A stretch of 62,486 bases of DNA, taken from Thermodesulfovibrionales bacterium. Lineage in GTDB: Bacteria; Nitrospirota; Thermodesulfovibrionia; Thermodesulfovibrionales; SM23-35. The translations under genes were made by a program, and so were the position numbers. The notes under the pieces were generated by a model. It was not told the origin of the DNA and searched no databases. It was given only the letters and a program-made list of their open reading frames with translations. The stretch lies in assembly GCA_030019415.1 (NCBI GenBank), contig JASEEX010000007.1:1-62486 (forward strand), written 5' to 3'. Shown here in pieces: positions 17,575 to 27,758 of this stretch (its first letter is position 1; the number at the start of each line of letters is the position of its first letter).

Positions 17575-18846
17575 ATGCTCAAAGTACTGGTTATCTCTGA
17601 TGAGGCAGAAAAACGCTCTCCTTTATTTGAGTCGAGTAAGTTCGGTTTTTATACACAGGATTCAAAACAAGAAGGGAATTTATATGATATTGCACTACTT
17701 GACCTTGATATTGAAGGCTGGCAGGGAAGACTCTTAGAGCTAAGAGGGCGGATGCCTGTTGTAGCCTTTTCAAAACCTGATATAAAAATTGCCGTTGATG
17801 CTATGAAGCTTGGTGCCTGCGATTTCTTAGAGAAGCCGTTAACGGTTGCGGCCTTAGACCATGCAATAAGCAAGCATAGAAAAAAAATACTAACCCATAA
17901 GCACGGCTTTGATGAGATTATAGGTACAAGCCCTGCGATGCAGGAGGTCTTTAGTTTAATAAAAAAGGCAGCAGTTAGTGAGAGCAACGTTTTAATAACA
18001 GGAGAGAGCGGGGTGGGTAAGGAGCCTGTTGCGAGGGCGATCCACAGATGGAGTCCGAGAAAAGAAAAATCATTTATGACTATCAATTGTAGTGCTATCC
18101 CTGACACCCTTCTTGAGTCAGAGCTCTTTGGTTTTGAAAAAGGTGCCTTTACAGGTGCAAATTATACAAAAAGGGGCATTTTAGAGTTGGCTGATGGCGG
18201 CACCGTATTCTTTGACGAGATTGGAGATGTATCCCCTTTATTCCAGACCAAGGTTCTGAGGGTAATTCAAGAAGGCGAGATTATGAGGATCGGAGGTATG
18301 CGTTATATAAAGGTTGATGTTAGGTTTATTGCAGCTACCAATAGAGACCTTAATGTGGCCTGTTTGCGAGGAACATTCAGATTGGACCTTTTTTACAGAC
18401 TCAATGTCATAAATATCCACCTTCTACCCCTCAGGGAGAGGATAGAGGATATACCGCTTTTAGTGAGGCATTTCATTAAAAAACATGCCCCGAAAAGAAA
18501 AGATATATTAATTAAAGGTATTTCTGATGATGCAATAAATATCCTGATGAACTATCCATACCCGGGCAATGTGAGGGAGCTCGAAAATATCGTTGAGCGC
18601 GCAGTATCATTAGCAAATAGCCCTGAGATATTGCCCTCTGATTTACCAGCATTCATGCTCGAGCAGCTACCCCAAAAAGGGATTACAACCCAAAAGTTCA
18701 GAGATGCAATCAGGGCCTTTGAAAAGGAAATAATACTTTCTGCCCTGAGTGACTCTGGAAGGAATATATCTAAGGCAGCCTCTGCCCTCGGCATACACCG
18801 CCAGCAGCTCCAGCGAAAGATAAAGGACCTGAAGATAGCAACATAA
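17575..18846 (+). CDS. sigma-54-dependent Fis-family response regulator (REC-AAA+-HTH)
   Basis: Receiver (LLDLDI), Walker A GESGVGKE, GAFTGA motif, ESELFG, and a C-terminal Fis-type HTH. The ATG at 17575 is preferred over the upstream GTG. Confidence 0.85.
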   Translation: MLKVLVISDEAEKRSPLFESSKFGFYTQDSKQEGNLYDIALLDLDIEGWQGRLLELRGRMPVVAFSKPDIKIAVDAMKLGACDFLEKPLTVAALDHAISKHRKKILTHKHGFDEIIGTSPAMQEVFSLIKKAAVSESNVLITGESGVGKEPVARAIHRWSPRKEKSFMTINCSAIPDTLLESELFGFEKGAFTGANYTKRGILELADGGTVFFDEIGDVSPLFQTKVLRVIQEGEIMRIGGMRYIKVDVRFIAATNRDLNVACLRGTFRLDLFYRLNVINIHLLPLRERIEDIPLLVRHFIKKHAPKRKDILIKGISDDAINILMNYPYPGNVRELENIVERAVSLANSPEILPSDLPAFMLEQLPQKGITTQKFRDAIRAFEKEIILSALSDSGRNISKAASALGIHRQQLQRKIKDLKIAT

Positions 18847-18950
18847 AATTTCACAGCAACAAATTTTTGCATTTACTAAATTATTTTTCCAGCTTATAAT
18901 TGTTCTACTTTTATTATAAGGTTATAAAGATATGAAAAAAACCTTACGAA

Positions 18951-19042
18951 GTCATTGCGAGGGACGAAGTCACGAAGCAATCTCTCTGAATCGGGCAGGC
19001 TCCGCGGTCTTACCCTTTGACAGGCTCAGGGTGTATGGTGAG
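18951..19042. repeat. GTCATTGCGAGG...GAAGCAATCT element plus adjacent GACAGGCTCAGGGTG-type repeat
   Basis: gtcattgcgagggacgaagtcacgaagcaatct followed by ...cctttgacaggctcagggtgtatggtgagc. Confidence 0.5.
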
Positions 19043-19163
19043 CTTTGAGGGTTTTTGTATCATGTTTGGTTATCGGTGTTTGGTTATTTTGGTATTGGAA
19101 AGGTGGTGATAGTTTAAGAAAGAGATATTGATAAAACAATGGAATTTGAAAGGAGGTTTAAAA

Positions 19164-20429
19164 ATGAGTTTTCCAAGAAGAGTTTATGAATTCCTGAAAG
19201 AAGGCAGTATTGCCTATGCGAAGTGGGACTACGAGACCTCGATGAATATCATCAGGAATCGAAAAAAGTTTCTTATTCTCTTTGTCTTGTTGCTACCGAT
19301 ACTACTGGTGATATTCGCTGAAGCAGCGGACATCATAGGAGGCAAAAAAGCATATGCCCCTGCATACTATTCGACTACGCTATTCTTTATTGCAACAGCC
19401 ATAGGTCTGATGGCGGGTCTCATCACTGGATGTATAGGTGCCGGAGGTGGTTTTATCATAACCCCTGCCCTTATGGCCGCCGGTGTGAAAGGTATCATGG
19501 CTGTCGGTACTGACCTGTTTCACATATTTGCAAAGGCGATTATGGGAACGACTGTTCATAAGAAACTTGGAAATGTATCTGTAGGTTTAGCTGTGGCATT
19601 CGTCGCGGGCTCTACCGTAATAGGGGCAACCATCGGAGGTTATATAAACAGGGCAGTCTATAACATAGACCCTTCACTGAGCGATGCCTTCATAAGTTCA
19701 GTCTATGTGGTGTTACTCGGTTTCCTGGGCTTTTATGCCCTCTATGATTTCCTTAAGTTAAGAAAGGCTGGTGCGGTTGTGAGTGCTCACGACGGGGGTG
19801 AACCTGTTAAAGGACCTGTTACTACGACTGGCCTGGCATTGAAACTGCAAGCCCTGAAGGTGCCACCACTTATTAAATTCGATGAGGACTATGTAGCAGG
19901 GGGAAGAAGGATATCAGCGTTCATCATGCTTGCAGGTGGAACCTTTGTAGGGTTTGTTGCAGCAATAATGGGAGTTGGAGGTGGATTTGTAACATTCCCT
20001 ATGTTTGTCTATGTCTTCGGAATATCTACCATGACAACAGTTGGGACAGATATCCTCCAGATAATCTTTACCGCGGGTTATGCCTCAATAGCACAGTATG
20101 CAATCTACGGTTTCATATTTTATACACTTGCAATGGGAATGCTCTTGGGTTCTCTTATTGGTATTCAGGTAGGTGCTCTTACAACAAAGATTGTGAAGGG
20201 ACTACACATAAGGGGATTCTATGCTATCACTATCCTTGCAGGCTTTGCAAACAGGGCAACTGCACTTCCCAAGAAGCTGGGAGAACTCGGGTATATCAAG
20301 ATATCGAAACCCCTGGCATCAGGCATAGAGACTGTTGGGTTCTGGTTGTTCTGGATAGCTGTTGCTGCTTTCGGAGTCTGGGTACTGAGTAAGTTTTTCG
20401 GAAACCTTAAGAGATTAAAGGAGGAATAA
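19164..20429 (+). CDS. TSUP (TauE/SafE) family membrane transporter, long form
   Basis: Two GAGGGFI / VGGGFV repeat motifs typical of TauE/SafE. AGGAGG RBS before the ATG at 19164. Confidence 0.75.
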   Translation: MSFPRRVYEFLKEGSIAYAKWDYETSMNIIRNRKKFLILFVLLLPILLVIFAEAADIIGGKKAYAPAYYSTTLFFIATAIGLMAGLITGCIGAGGGFIITPALMAAGVKGIMAVGTDLFHIFAKAIMGTTVHKKLGNVSVGLAVAFVAGSTVIGATIGGYINRAVYNIDPSLSDAFISSVYVVLLGFLGFYALYDFLKLRKAGAVVSAHDGGEPVKGPVTTTGLALKLQALKVPPLIKFDEDYVAGGRRISAFIMLAGGTFVGFVAAIMGVGGGFVTFPMFVYVFGISTMTTVGTDILQIIFTAGYASIAQYAIYGFIFYTLAMGMLLGSLIGIQVGALTTKIVKGLHIRGFYAITILAGFANRATALPKKLGELGYIKISKPLASGIETVGFWLFWIAVAAFGVWVLSKFFGNLKRLKEE

Positions 20430-20430
20430 A

Positions 20431-21159
20431 ATGGCAATAAAACATAAAGGACACTTTACCCTCGGTGTAATCCTGAGTCTTTCATTCCTCGTGCTTTTAG
20501 TACTGATATTTTTACCCATCTTCCCTGAAAGTCCAGAGGGGAAGCGTGAAAATGGATTAGAGTATGCTGACAGGATGTTTAACAGACTGTCGAAGGGTTC
20601 TTCCTATTTCATCCCGAAGTTGACGAAGGGCGTCGAAGACTTTGTCGGAGAAACGTTCTCTGTAAGCATAGAGGTGGATAAGCCTGAGGAGGCCGAAAAG
20701 GTAGCCAAACTTTTTACAACTGCAGGGGCAACAGTAAATATAGAAGGTGCAAGGCTCAAGACAGAGGGAGACCTCGGCAAGACACTCCAGGCCGTTCTTA
20801 AGGATGCAGATGCAATGTACCACAATGAGGGAGCAAAGGTGTCTGGATTGTACGGGTATGATGAGAAGAAGGTGATGAAAGACTGGTGGAAGGCCCTGGG
20901 TAAGATAGAAAAGGTATTCAAGAAAGAGAAAAAGGTGAAGGAGTTAAAGATCGTCTCAGATGTGAATAAGAAGGCTGTTGAAACCGCATATAACTACTAT
21001 GGAATAATGCCTCAGAAGGTTAAGGAGAGGGCTGGTCTCATGACATTTTTGCTCGTATTCTATGTGGTCTATACAATGTGGTGGGGATTTTCAGTATTCT
21101 TTCTGTTTGAGGGAATCGGTCTAAGTATGAAGAAGGCAAAGGTAAAGAAGGAGGTATAG
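20431..21159 (+). CDS. hypothetical membrane protein (N-terminal TM, charged middle, C-terminal TM pair)
   Basis: 242-aa ORF starting 1 nt after the TSUP stop. I recognise no family. Confidence 0.5.
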   Translation: MAIKHKGHFTLGVILSLSFLVLLVLIFLPIFPESPEGKRENGLEYADRMFNRLSKGSSYFIPKLTKGVEDFVGETFSVSIEVDKPEEAEKVAKLFTTAGATVNIEGARLKTEGDLGKTLQAVLKDADAMYHNEGAKVSGLYGYDEKKVMKDWWKALGKIEKVFKKEKKVKELKIVSDVNKKAVETAYNYYGIMPQKVKERAGLMTFLLVFYVVYTMWWGFSVFFLFEGIGLSMKKAKVKKEV

Positions 21160-21239
21160 TCCCCTCACCCTAACCCTTTCCCCCAATGAGAGAGGGGACT
21201 TCCATTTATTTCCCCTCCCTTGGGGGAGGGGTGAGGGGA
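21160..21239. repeat. CCCCTCACCC/GGGTGAGGGG palindromic element
   Basis: 11-bp inverted repeat tcccctcaccc/gggtgagggga with inner cccctccc/gggagggg. Confidence 0.6.
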
Positions 21240-21292
21240 GGTGTGAAAGATGTATTTTCGGATGAGATTTTAAATAAAGACAGGAGGCGAAA

Positions 21293-21730
21293 ATGAAGGT
21301 ATTAGTACCTGTAGATGGTTCAAAATATTCAATGGAAGGATTGAAGGTTGCATCAGATTATGCCAGGACAAAAGGGGCAGAGATATCTCTTATAACCGTG
21401 ACTCCTTATATTTCCGGTCTGGACCTTGAGCTTTCTGCAAAAGAGCTGCAGAGCCTTGAAGAAAGTATGAAACGACGGGGTGAAGCTATCCTTGAGGAGG
21501 CCTCTGGCATTTTAAAATCTGAGGGTGTATCTTCCCGTACTATTCTCTCTACCGCTGTCTCTGCGGCTGAGGAGATTGTTAGCTTTGCTGATAAAGAAAA
21601 GGTTGACCTTATAATTATTGGATATCGAGGCTTAGGAGGGGGTGCCACCAGATTCTTAATGGGAAGTGTGGCTTCAAAAGTAGCCACTCATGCACCCTGT
21701 TCTGTATATGTAGTTAAGGCGCCTGATTAG
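21293..21730 (+). CDS. universal stress protein
   Basis: 145 aa, KVLVPVDGS start and GYRGLGG...GSVA ATP-binding motif. Confidence 0.85.
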   Translation: MKVLVPVDGSKYSMEGLKVASDYARTKGAEISLITVTPYISGLDLELSAKELQSLEESMKRRGEAILEEASGILKSEGVSSRTILSTAVSAAEEIVSFADKEKVDLIIIGYRGLGGGATRFLMGSVASKVATHAPCSVYVVKAPD

Positions 21731-21776
21731 TCAAAGCCAGGTCAATCTAAAGATTTGCTACTTCCAGGTAAAAAAG

Positions 21777-21805
21777 TTGACTTTTAAAATGAATTGACTT
21801 AATAT
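21777..21805 (+). promoter_or_regulatory. candidate sigma-70 promoter TTGACT-N17-TAATAT upstream of the porin gene
   Basis: Hexamers and the 17-nt spacer counted directly, about 70 nt upstream of the ATG at 21873. Confidence 0.35.
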
Positions 21806-21872
21806 AACAGAGATTCTTGAGACCTCTATTAAAGAGTTTTATTTTAATTTAAATTAAAAGGGAGGGACTATC

Positions 21873-23417
21873 ATGAAAAAGGGAGGAGTGGGTTTTTTTG
21901 TTCTAATTTCCTTCTTATTGGTTATGACAATTCCTGCCATCGGTGGAGAACCTCAAAAAGACTCTTCTACTACTATCCTGGCTCAGGCAACGACGAGGGA
22001 TGAGTTGCAGCAGGAAATTGATGCACTGAAAAAGAAGTTAGAGGAGATACGGACGCTCGAGGAGAGAATTAAAACACTCGAAAAGAGACTCGAGGAGACG
22101 GAGAAGGTGACAACGAAGATAGAAAAAGAAGAAGCGGCACTGAAAGAGGAGAAGAAGCAAAGGGCTATTTCTTACTGGAAAGATGGCTGGAATATTGAGA
22201 CACCAGACAAAAGGTTCAGGCTTAATATGGCTGGCGTTCTGCATTTTGATACGCGGGTGTTTGAATCCGGGCGAAGCACAGGTGGTTTTGACATCCGTCG
22301 TGCCCGTTATGACATGAGAGGATATCTTTACAGGGGCGATATTGAGCACGTATTCCGTCTGCAGATCGAGATGGCTGATAGTCCTTACCTCAGGAACGCT
22401 TACTGGATGTTTAAATTCCGGCCGGAGTTAAATATCCAGATAGGTCAGTTCAAGATTCCATCTGGCGGTGCCGACTGGTTAACAGAAGAGGCACAGGTAA
22501 ACTTTGTAGAATATGCTACGGGTACACCGGTTAGCCCTTTCTTCGATCGAGGGGTTAACATTCATAGTCATTTCCTCGGCGGAAAGGTTCAGACCTGTCT
22601 TGGCGTTTTCACAGGCGCTGGCATAGATGCAGACACGTATAAAGGCGATCAGGATACTCACAGGGATTATGTTGGTCGACTTCTGCTTGTACCATTTAAA
22701 GACTCAGAGGATCCTTATTTAAAAGGATTACATTTCGCCGGGAGCTATCAACATGGGTATCAGTCTATCAAGACAAAACGAGGTGAAACGAGCAATCGCA
22801 CAGAAAACTATGAATCGAGGTGGTTCAGGTGGGTACAGGATTACGTGGATGTTGATGAGCGCACGCGATATGGAGGCGAATTCCACTGGCTTTTTGGACC
22901 TGCTACATTCAGCTATGAGTTTAACCGCGTAGAGTGGGAGGATATTACAGTATATAAAAAAGTAGATAAAGATCTCGTATTTCAAGGCAGGTATCCTGAT
23001 CGCTACCATGCAGATGTCCACCAGGTATGGGTAAGCTATTTCCTCACTGGGGAGGAGAAGAGACTTGCAGATGTCTTCTTTGCATGGAGACAGCCAAAGC
23101 CAAAGAAAAACTTCAGCCTTAAGGAAGGCACCTGGGGTGCATGGGAACTTCTCGCAAGGTACGCCTTTCATGACAGTTCAAGCGATTTATTTAGTGGAAC
23201 AAACGCACCTCTTCAAGGAAGCAGTGAAGGTTATTCCGTAACTGGTGGTATACGCTGGATATGGAATCCCAAAGTCAGGATTATGCTCGATGCCAATTAC
23301 TGTAAAAGTACAGAAGGAGACGGGTTAGTCATTGAGAGGTCGGAGAAAGGAGGCACCGCAAGACATTTTAAAGAGACAGAAACTGCTGTCCTGATGCGTC
23401 TAATTCTGACTCCATAA
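21873..23417 (+). CDS. OprO/OprP-like (phosphate-selective porin family) outer-membrane protein with N-terminal coiled coil
   Basis: Signal peptide, heptad-rich ELQQEIDALKKKLEEIRTLEERIKTLEKRLEE, then alternating beta-strand sequence (RFRLNMAGVLHFD...). Confidence 0.65.
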   Translation: MKKGGVGFFVLISFLLVMTIPAIGGEPQKDSSTTILAQATTRDELQQEIDALKKKLEEIRTLEERIKTLEKRLEETEKVTTKIEKEEAALKEEKKQRAISYWKDGWNIETPDKRFRLNMAGVLHFDTRVFESGRSTGGFDIRRARYDMRGYLYRGDIEHVFRLQIEMADSPYLRNAYWMFKFRPELNIQIGQFKIPSGGADWLTEEAQVNFVEYATGTPVSPFFDRGVNIHSHFLGGKVQTCLGVFTGAGIDADTYKGDQDTHRDYVGRLLLVPFKDSEDPYLKGLHFAGSYQHGYQSIKTKRGETSNRTENYESRWFRWVQDYVDVDERTRYGGEFHWLFGPATFSYEFNRVEWEDITVYKKVDKDLVFQGRYPDRYHADVHQVWVSYFLTGEEKRLADVFFAWRQPKPKKNFSLKEGTWGAWELLARYAFHDSSSDLFSGTNAPLQGSSEGYSVTGGIRWIWNPKVRIMLDANYCKSTEGDGLVIERSEKGGTARHFKETETAVLMRLILTP

Positions 23418-23436
23418 AATGTTTTTCCTGAGAAAA

Positions 23437-23475
23437 GGCCGCCCCGCCTGAGGCGGGCGGCCTTTTCTTTTTTTC
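23437..23475 (+). terminator. intrinsic terminator after the porin gene
   Basis: ggccgccccgcc-tga-ggcgggcggcc GC-rich hairpin followed by a T-rich run. Confidence 0.8.
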
Positions 23476-23518
23476 TTTAAACTCCTCCCTTATAAATATT
23501 CCTTTCACTCAGTCGGTA

Positions 23519-23527
23519 TGATATAAT
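23519..23527 (+). promoter_or_regulatory. candidate extended -10 (TGATATAAT) upstream of acyP-recN
   Basis: Read directly, 9 nt before the ATG at 23536, which is very close. The -35 is weak. Confidence 0.25.
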
Positions 23528-23535
23528 TTGAAAAT

Positions 23536-23814
23536 ATGGATGAGGCAAGAGCTCATTTATTCGTCGAGGGAAGGGTACAGGGTGTCTTTTACAGGGCCTT
23601 TGCCAGGGATATTGCATATACCTTCGGTCTGAAAGGCTGGGTAAGAAACCTCCACGATGGCAGGGTTGAAGCTGTATTTGAGGGCACGAAAGGGCTTATA
23701 GAGCGGGCTATTAGAGAGTGCTACATCGGCCCGCCTGGCGCAAGGGTTACGAATATAGAGGTGAAATGGGAACAACCCAAGGGTGACCTGAAAGGATTCA
23801 CCGTAAAATATTAG
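23536..23814 (+). CDS. acyP: acylphosphatase
   Basis: VQGVFYR and GWVRN signature motifs, 92 aa. Confidence 0.85.
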   Translation: MDEARAHLFVEGRVQGVFYRAFARDIAYTFGLKGWVRNLHDGRVEAVFEGTKGLIERAIRECYIGPPGARVTNIEVKWEQPKGDLKGFTVKY

Positions 23815-25455
23815 ATGCTAAAAGAACTAAGAATCAAAAATCTTGCTATCATTGATGACCTGAAGGTCAGGTTTGAGGGCGGACTCAATGTACTCACAGG
23901 TGAGACAGGCGACGGGAAGTCAATAATTGTGGATGCCCTTAGTCTTGCCCTCGGTAGCAGGGCCCAGTCAGATTTAGTCAGATCAGGTGAAAAGGAGGCA
24001 ATTGTTCAGGCATATTTTGAAGTAGAAGGGGACAATATCCCTGATCTTGGCATTGATATATCCGATGGCCTTATTCTGAGGAGATCTATTTCTTTCGCAG
24101 GCAAAAACCGGGCATACATAAGTGACACGATGGTAAACCTGCAGAGCCTTGTAGAGGTCGGAAGATACCTTGTTGATATATATGGACAGCACGAACATCA
24201 GAGCCTTACCTCAATTGAGAAACATAGAGCCCTTCTTGACTCATACGGCAAACTCCATGATGACAGAGAAACTGTAGAATCCCTTTATAGCGAGGTTCAG
24301 GCACTCAGAAGGGAAAAGGATGGTTTAAAACAAAAGGTGAAAGAGAGGGCACACAGGCTTGACCTTTTCAGGTTTCAAATTAATGAAATAGATGCAGCCT
24401 CTCTGAGGCATGGCGAGAAAGAGGCACTTACTGAAGAGAGGACGATTCTATCAAACCTGAGTAGGTTAAAGGAATTAACAGAGATGGCCTATTCAATACT
24501 CTATGGCTCTGAGGGCTCTTGTACGGAAAGGCTTTCTTCTGTAATAGCTAAAGTGAGAGAGATGTCCTCTATAGACCAGAGCGTATCTGAGACCCTGAAT
24601 TTACTTGAGTCAGCACTTCCCTTCCTTGAGGATGCAGCTATCTCCCTTAGAGGATTTAGGGACAAATATGACCTTGAACCTGAAAGGCTTGCTGAAATCG
24701 AAGAGAGGCTCGAATTAGTCAAGAGACTCGAAAGGAAATATGGCGAAGGTATCGAAACTATCCTCAGATACCGGGATGAGGCAGAGAAAGAACTTAAGGG
24801 ACTCGAGCTCTCAGATGAAAGGCTCGACTCTATAGAGGCTGAGCTCAACATGAAAGAAGATATGCTTCTAAGGGCTGCCCTTTCCCTTTCTGAAAAAAGG
24901 AGGAAGGTTGCTAAAAGAATAGAGGAGCTTGTCGAAAAGGAACTGGAAGAACTTGCCTTCCGTAACGCGGAATTCAGAATAGATATAAGGCAGGAATCTA
25001 TCACGTCTAACGGCCTCGATAGGGTTGAGTTTATGTTTTCTGCAAACCCCGGCGAGCCTCCAAAGCCACTTATAAAGATCGCATCAGGCGGTGAGCTCTC
25101 GAGGGTTATGCTTGCTCTGAAGGGCATCCTTGCAGATGTTGACAATATACCTATTCTCATTTTTGATGAGGTTGACGCAGGAATTGGAGGAAGGACTGCA
25201 GGGGTTGTAGGGAATAAACTAAAGGCAATATCCAATAGACACCAGGTGCTCTGCACGACCCACCTACCACAGATTGCCTCTCTCGGAGATTTCCATCTAA
25301 AAATTGATAAGAGACAGAGAGATGAAAGGGTATATGTTGAGGTAAAAGAGCTTACAGGTAGGGAAAGACTGGATGAGGTAGCACGCATGCTGAGTGGTAA
25401 GATTACAGAGGTCTCTTTAAGGCATGCGCAGGAATTGCTCGGGAGTGCTGCATGA
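23815..25455 (+). CDS. recN: DNA repair protein RecN
   Basis: N-terminal Walker A (GETGDGKS), long coiled-coil middle, C-terminal ASGGELSR and LIFDEVDAGIGG. Confidence 0.9.
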   Translation: MLKELRIKNLAIIDDLKVRFEGGLNVLTGETGDGKSIIVDALSLALGSRAQSDLVRSGEKEAIVQAYFEVEGDNIPDLGIDISDGLILRRSISFAGKNRAYISDTMVNLQSLVEVGRYLVDIYGQHEHQSLTSIEKHRALLDSYGKLHDDRETVESLYSEVQALRREKDGLKQKVKERAHRLDLFRFQINEIDAASLRHGEKEALTEERTILSNLSRLKELTEMAYSILYGSEGSCTERLSSVIAKVREMSSIDQSVSETLNLLESALPFLEDAAISLRGFRDKYDLEPERLAEIEERLELVKRLERKYGEGIETILRYRDEAEKELKGLELSDERLDSIEAELNMKEDMLLRAALSLSEKRRKVAKRIEELVEKELEELAFRNAEFRIDIRQESITSNGLDRVEFMFSANPGEPPKPLIKIASGGELSRVMLALKGILADVDNIPILIFDEVDAGIGGRTAGVVGNKLKAISNRHQVLCTTHLPQIASLGDFHLKIDKRQRDERVYVEVKELTGRERLDEVARMLSGKITEVSLRHAQELLGSAA

Positions 25456-25525
25456 AACATTTATGCTGATAAACCGATACAAAGGAGAATGAAGAAATCT
25501 CGTGTAAGTGATATACAGACCAAAC

Positions 25526-25650
25526 GTCATTCCAGCTTGCCCGCCCTGCTTCGCAGAGCGAGGCCAGGGTCTGGAATCTTTCTGGGAAAAGAAGGATTCC
25601 GAACAAGCCCCGTTAGAATTGAGCTTTCTAACGGGGCAAGTCGGAATGAC
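25526..25650. repeat. expanded GTCATTCC...GGAATGAC double-hairpin element
   Basis: Outer gtcattcc/ggaatgac, internal ctggaatc tttct...agaag gattcc core, and an 11-bp hairpin ccccgttagaa/ttctaacgggg. Confidence 0.6.
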
Positions 25651-25673
25651 AGAAAAAGAGAAAAGGTTTTTAA

Positions 25674-25886
25674 ATGAAGGGCATGATCGTAATAGACGAG
25701 GAGCTATGTAAGGGCTGCACCTATTGTGTGGATGCGTGCCCATTGGGGGTTATAATTATTTCAGATAGATTCAACGGGAAGGGCTTTTTCCCTGCACACC
25801 CTGAACATCAGGAGAAATGCACGGGCTGTGCCATATGTGCACAGATGTGCCCTGAGATAGCAATAGAGGTTTATAGAGAAGAGTAA
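25674..25886 (+). CDS. 2x[4Fe-4S] ferredoxin
   Basis: CKGCTYCVDACP and CTGCAICAQMCP motifs in 70 aa. Confidence 0.8.
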   Translation: MKGMIVIDEELCKGCTYCVDACPLGVIIISDRFNGKGFFPAHPEHQEKCTGCAICAQMCPEIAIEVYREE

Positions 25887-26825
25887 ATGAATAAAAAATA
25901 TGCGATAGGTATCGATCTCGGTGGCACAAATCTGAGGGTGGCATTGGTCACGAGGGATGGTGAGATTATCAGGAAGATGAAGGAGCCGACATCCGAAAAG
26001 ATACTTGACTCTATTTTCAGGATAGCAGGCAGCCTTTTTTCTGATGAGATTGCAGGAATCGGTCTCGGTGTAGCAGGGCTTGTTGACAGGGAAGGCGGCA
26101 GGATAGTAATCTCTCCGAACCTCCCTGCTGTAGAAGGGATTAATCTTGTAAATGAAATGAGAGAGAAATTCAGGGTGCCCGTGTTCATTGAGAATGATGC
26201 AAATGCCGCAGCACTTGGAGAAAAATGGATTGGTGCGGGAAAGGAATTCTCAAACCTTGTCCTTTTTACCCTCGGCACGGGCATAGGAGGTGGAATAATA
26301 CAGGACAAAAAACTTCTTAATGTGGCTGCAGAGATAGGGCACATGACCATAAATACAGATGGTGAAAAATGTTTCTGTGGTAATTATGGATGTCTTGAAT
26401 CCTACGCATCTGCGAGGGCGATGCTATCAAAATTAGTATCTGCACTGGAGAAGGGCAGAGAGAGTATACTGAAGGAACTCTGTGGTGGGAACTTTTACAA
26501 ACTCACGGCAGAGGATATCTACAGAGCAGCCCTCGGTGGAGACAGTCTCGCAAGGGAGACACTTAGGGAAGCTGGGAGGTATCTCGGCATCGGAATTGCA
26601 AATATTATTAACGTGATGAGTCCTGAGGCAATAATCCTCGCGGGTGGCCTTACAGGGGCATGGGATATATATATCCAGGAGGCTATAAAAGAGGCATCTA
26701 AAAGGGCCTTTAAGGAACTCTTTGGTGCAGTAGAGATAATCCCTTCTTTACTTGGAGAAGATGCAGGGATTATTGGCTCTGCAGGGCTTGTCTTTGAGAA
26801 TGACCCTTTCGAGGTTATATTCTGA
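25887..26825 (+). CDS. glk: ROK-family glucokinase
   Basis: GIDLGGTN N-terminus, ENDANAAALGE, and the Zn motif CFCGNYGCLE. Confidence 0.8.
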   Translation: MNKKYAIGIDLGGTNLRVALVTRDGEIIRKMKEPTSEKILDSIFRIAGSLFSDEIAGIGLGVAGLVDREGGRIVISPNLPAVEGINLVNEMREKFRVPVFIENDANAAALGEKWIGAGKEFSNLVLFTLGTGIGGGIIQDKKLLNVAAEIGHMTINTDGEKCFCGNYGCLESYASARAMLSKLVSALEKGRESILKELCGGNFYKLTAEDIYRAALGGDSLARETLREAGRYLGIGIANIINVMSPEAIILAGGLTGAWDIYIQEAIKEASKRAFKELFGAVEIIPSLLGEDAGIIGSAGLVFENDPFEVIF

Positions 26826-27440
26826 ATGAAAAAGGACAGAAAAAGACTTATAAGGGAATACGCAGAGGCTATACTCACGGCCCTGTTACTTGCACTCGTT
26901 ATAAGGGCCTATGTCATACAGGCCTTTAAGATCCCTTCTGGCTCAATGATTCCTACACTTCTTATTGGTGACCATATACTCGTCAATAAGTTTATATACG
27001 GAACAAAGATTCCCTTTTCTGATAGGCGGTTTTTGGTATTCAAGAGGCCGGAAAGAGGGGATATAATAGTTTTTAAATACCCTGAGAACCCTAAGAAGGA
27101 TTTTATAAAAAGGGTTATCGCCACCGAGGGTGATATTTTAGAGTCGAGGGACAAAACAGTTTATGTGAACAGAAAGGCAGTTATAGAACCCTATGCGCAT
27201 CATTCTGATAGCTATATCATACCAAAGGGAATTAACCCGAGAGACAATTTTGGGCCAATAACCGTGCCTGAGGATAAGGTCTTTGTTATGGGGGATAATC
27301 GAGACCAGAGTCATGATAGCAGATACTGGGGATTCGTTGATATAAAGGATATAAAGGGTGAGGCCCTTATTATTTATTGGTCCTGGGATTCCAAAAAAAA
27401 TTGGCTCAGGTTTAATAGAGTAGGGAGGTCAGTACAATGA
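26826..27440 (+). CDS. lepB: signal peptidase I
   Basis: SGSM catalytic Ser box, KR box (FIKRVIA) and GDNRDQSHDSRYWG. Confidence 0.85.
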   Translation: MKKDRKRLIREYAEAILTALLLALVIRAYVIQAFKIPSGSMIPTLLIGDHILVNKFIYGTKIPFSDRRFLVFKRPERGDIIVFKYPENPKKDFIKRVIATEGDILESRDKTVYVNRKAVIEPYAHHSDSYIIPKGINPRDNFGPITVPEDKVFVMGDNRDQSHDSRYWGFVDIKDIKGEALIIYWSWDSKKNWLRFNRVGRSVQ

Positions 27441-27757
27441 AAAAGGCAATTTTTTGGCTCCTACTTTTTGCCTTTCTTGCATATTCGGGTATTAAATTCG
27501 GCATGCCCTATTACCGATATTTAGCCTTTAAGGCTGATGCAAAAGAAATTTCGAGGGTTTCCCTCGAAAATGAGGAGGGAATCAGGGACAAGGTATTTGA
27601 AAGGGCAAAAGAGTTGAAGATACCCATAAGTAAAGGAGATATAGAGGTCTCCAGAACTGGTAGGATTATGAGGATTAGGACTTCGTGGTTCGAGGTAGTA
27701 GATATACTCGGTATATATCGAAAAACCCTCAAGTTTACTATTGACACAGAGAGGTAA
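27437..27757 (+). CDS. hypothetical membrane-anchored protein
   Basis: 106-aa ORF with an N-terminal TM segment. ATGA overlap with lepB. Confidence 0.45.
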   Translation: MKKAIFWLLLFAFLAYSGIKFGMPYYRYLAFKADAKEISRVSLENEEGIRDKVFERAKELKIPISKGDIEVSRTGRIMRIRTSWFEVVDILGIYRKTLKFTIDTER

Positions 27758-27758
27758 G

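Noticed and set aside
18847-19163. Sigma-54 promoter (TGGCAC-N5-TTGC) downstream of the sigma-54 activator and upstream of 49353.
   Set aside because: Candidate GG/GC pairs (for example tggttatcggtgtttgg, ctggttttaccagcaa, ttggacagcatttgt) have wrong spacing or lack the GC element.
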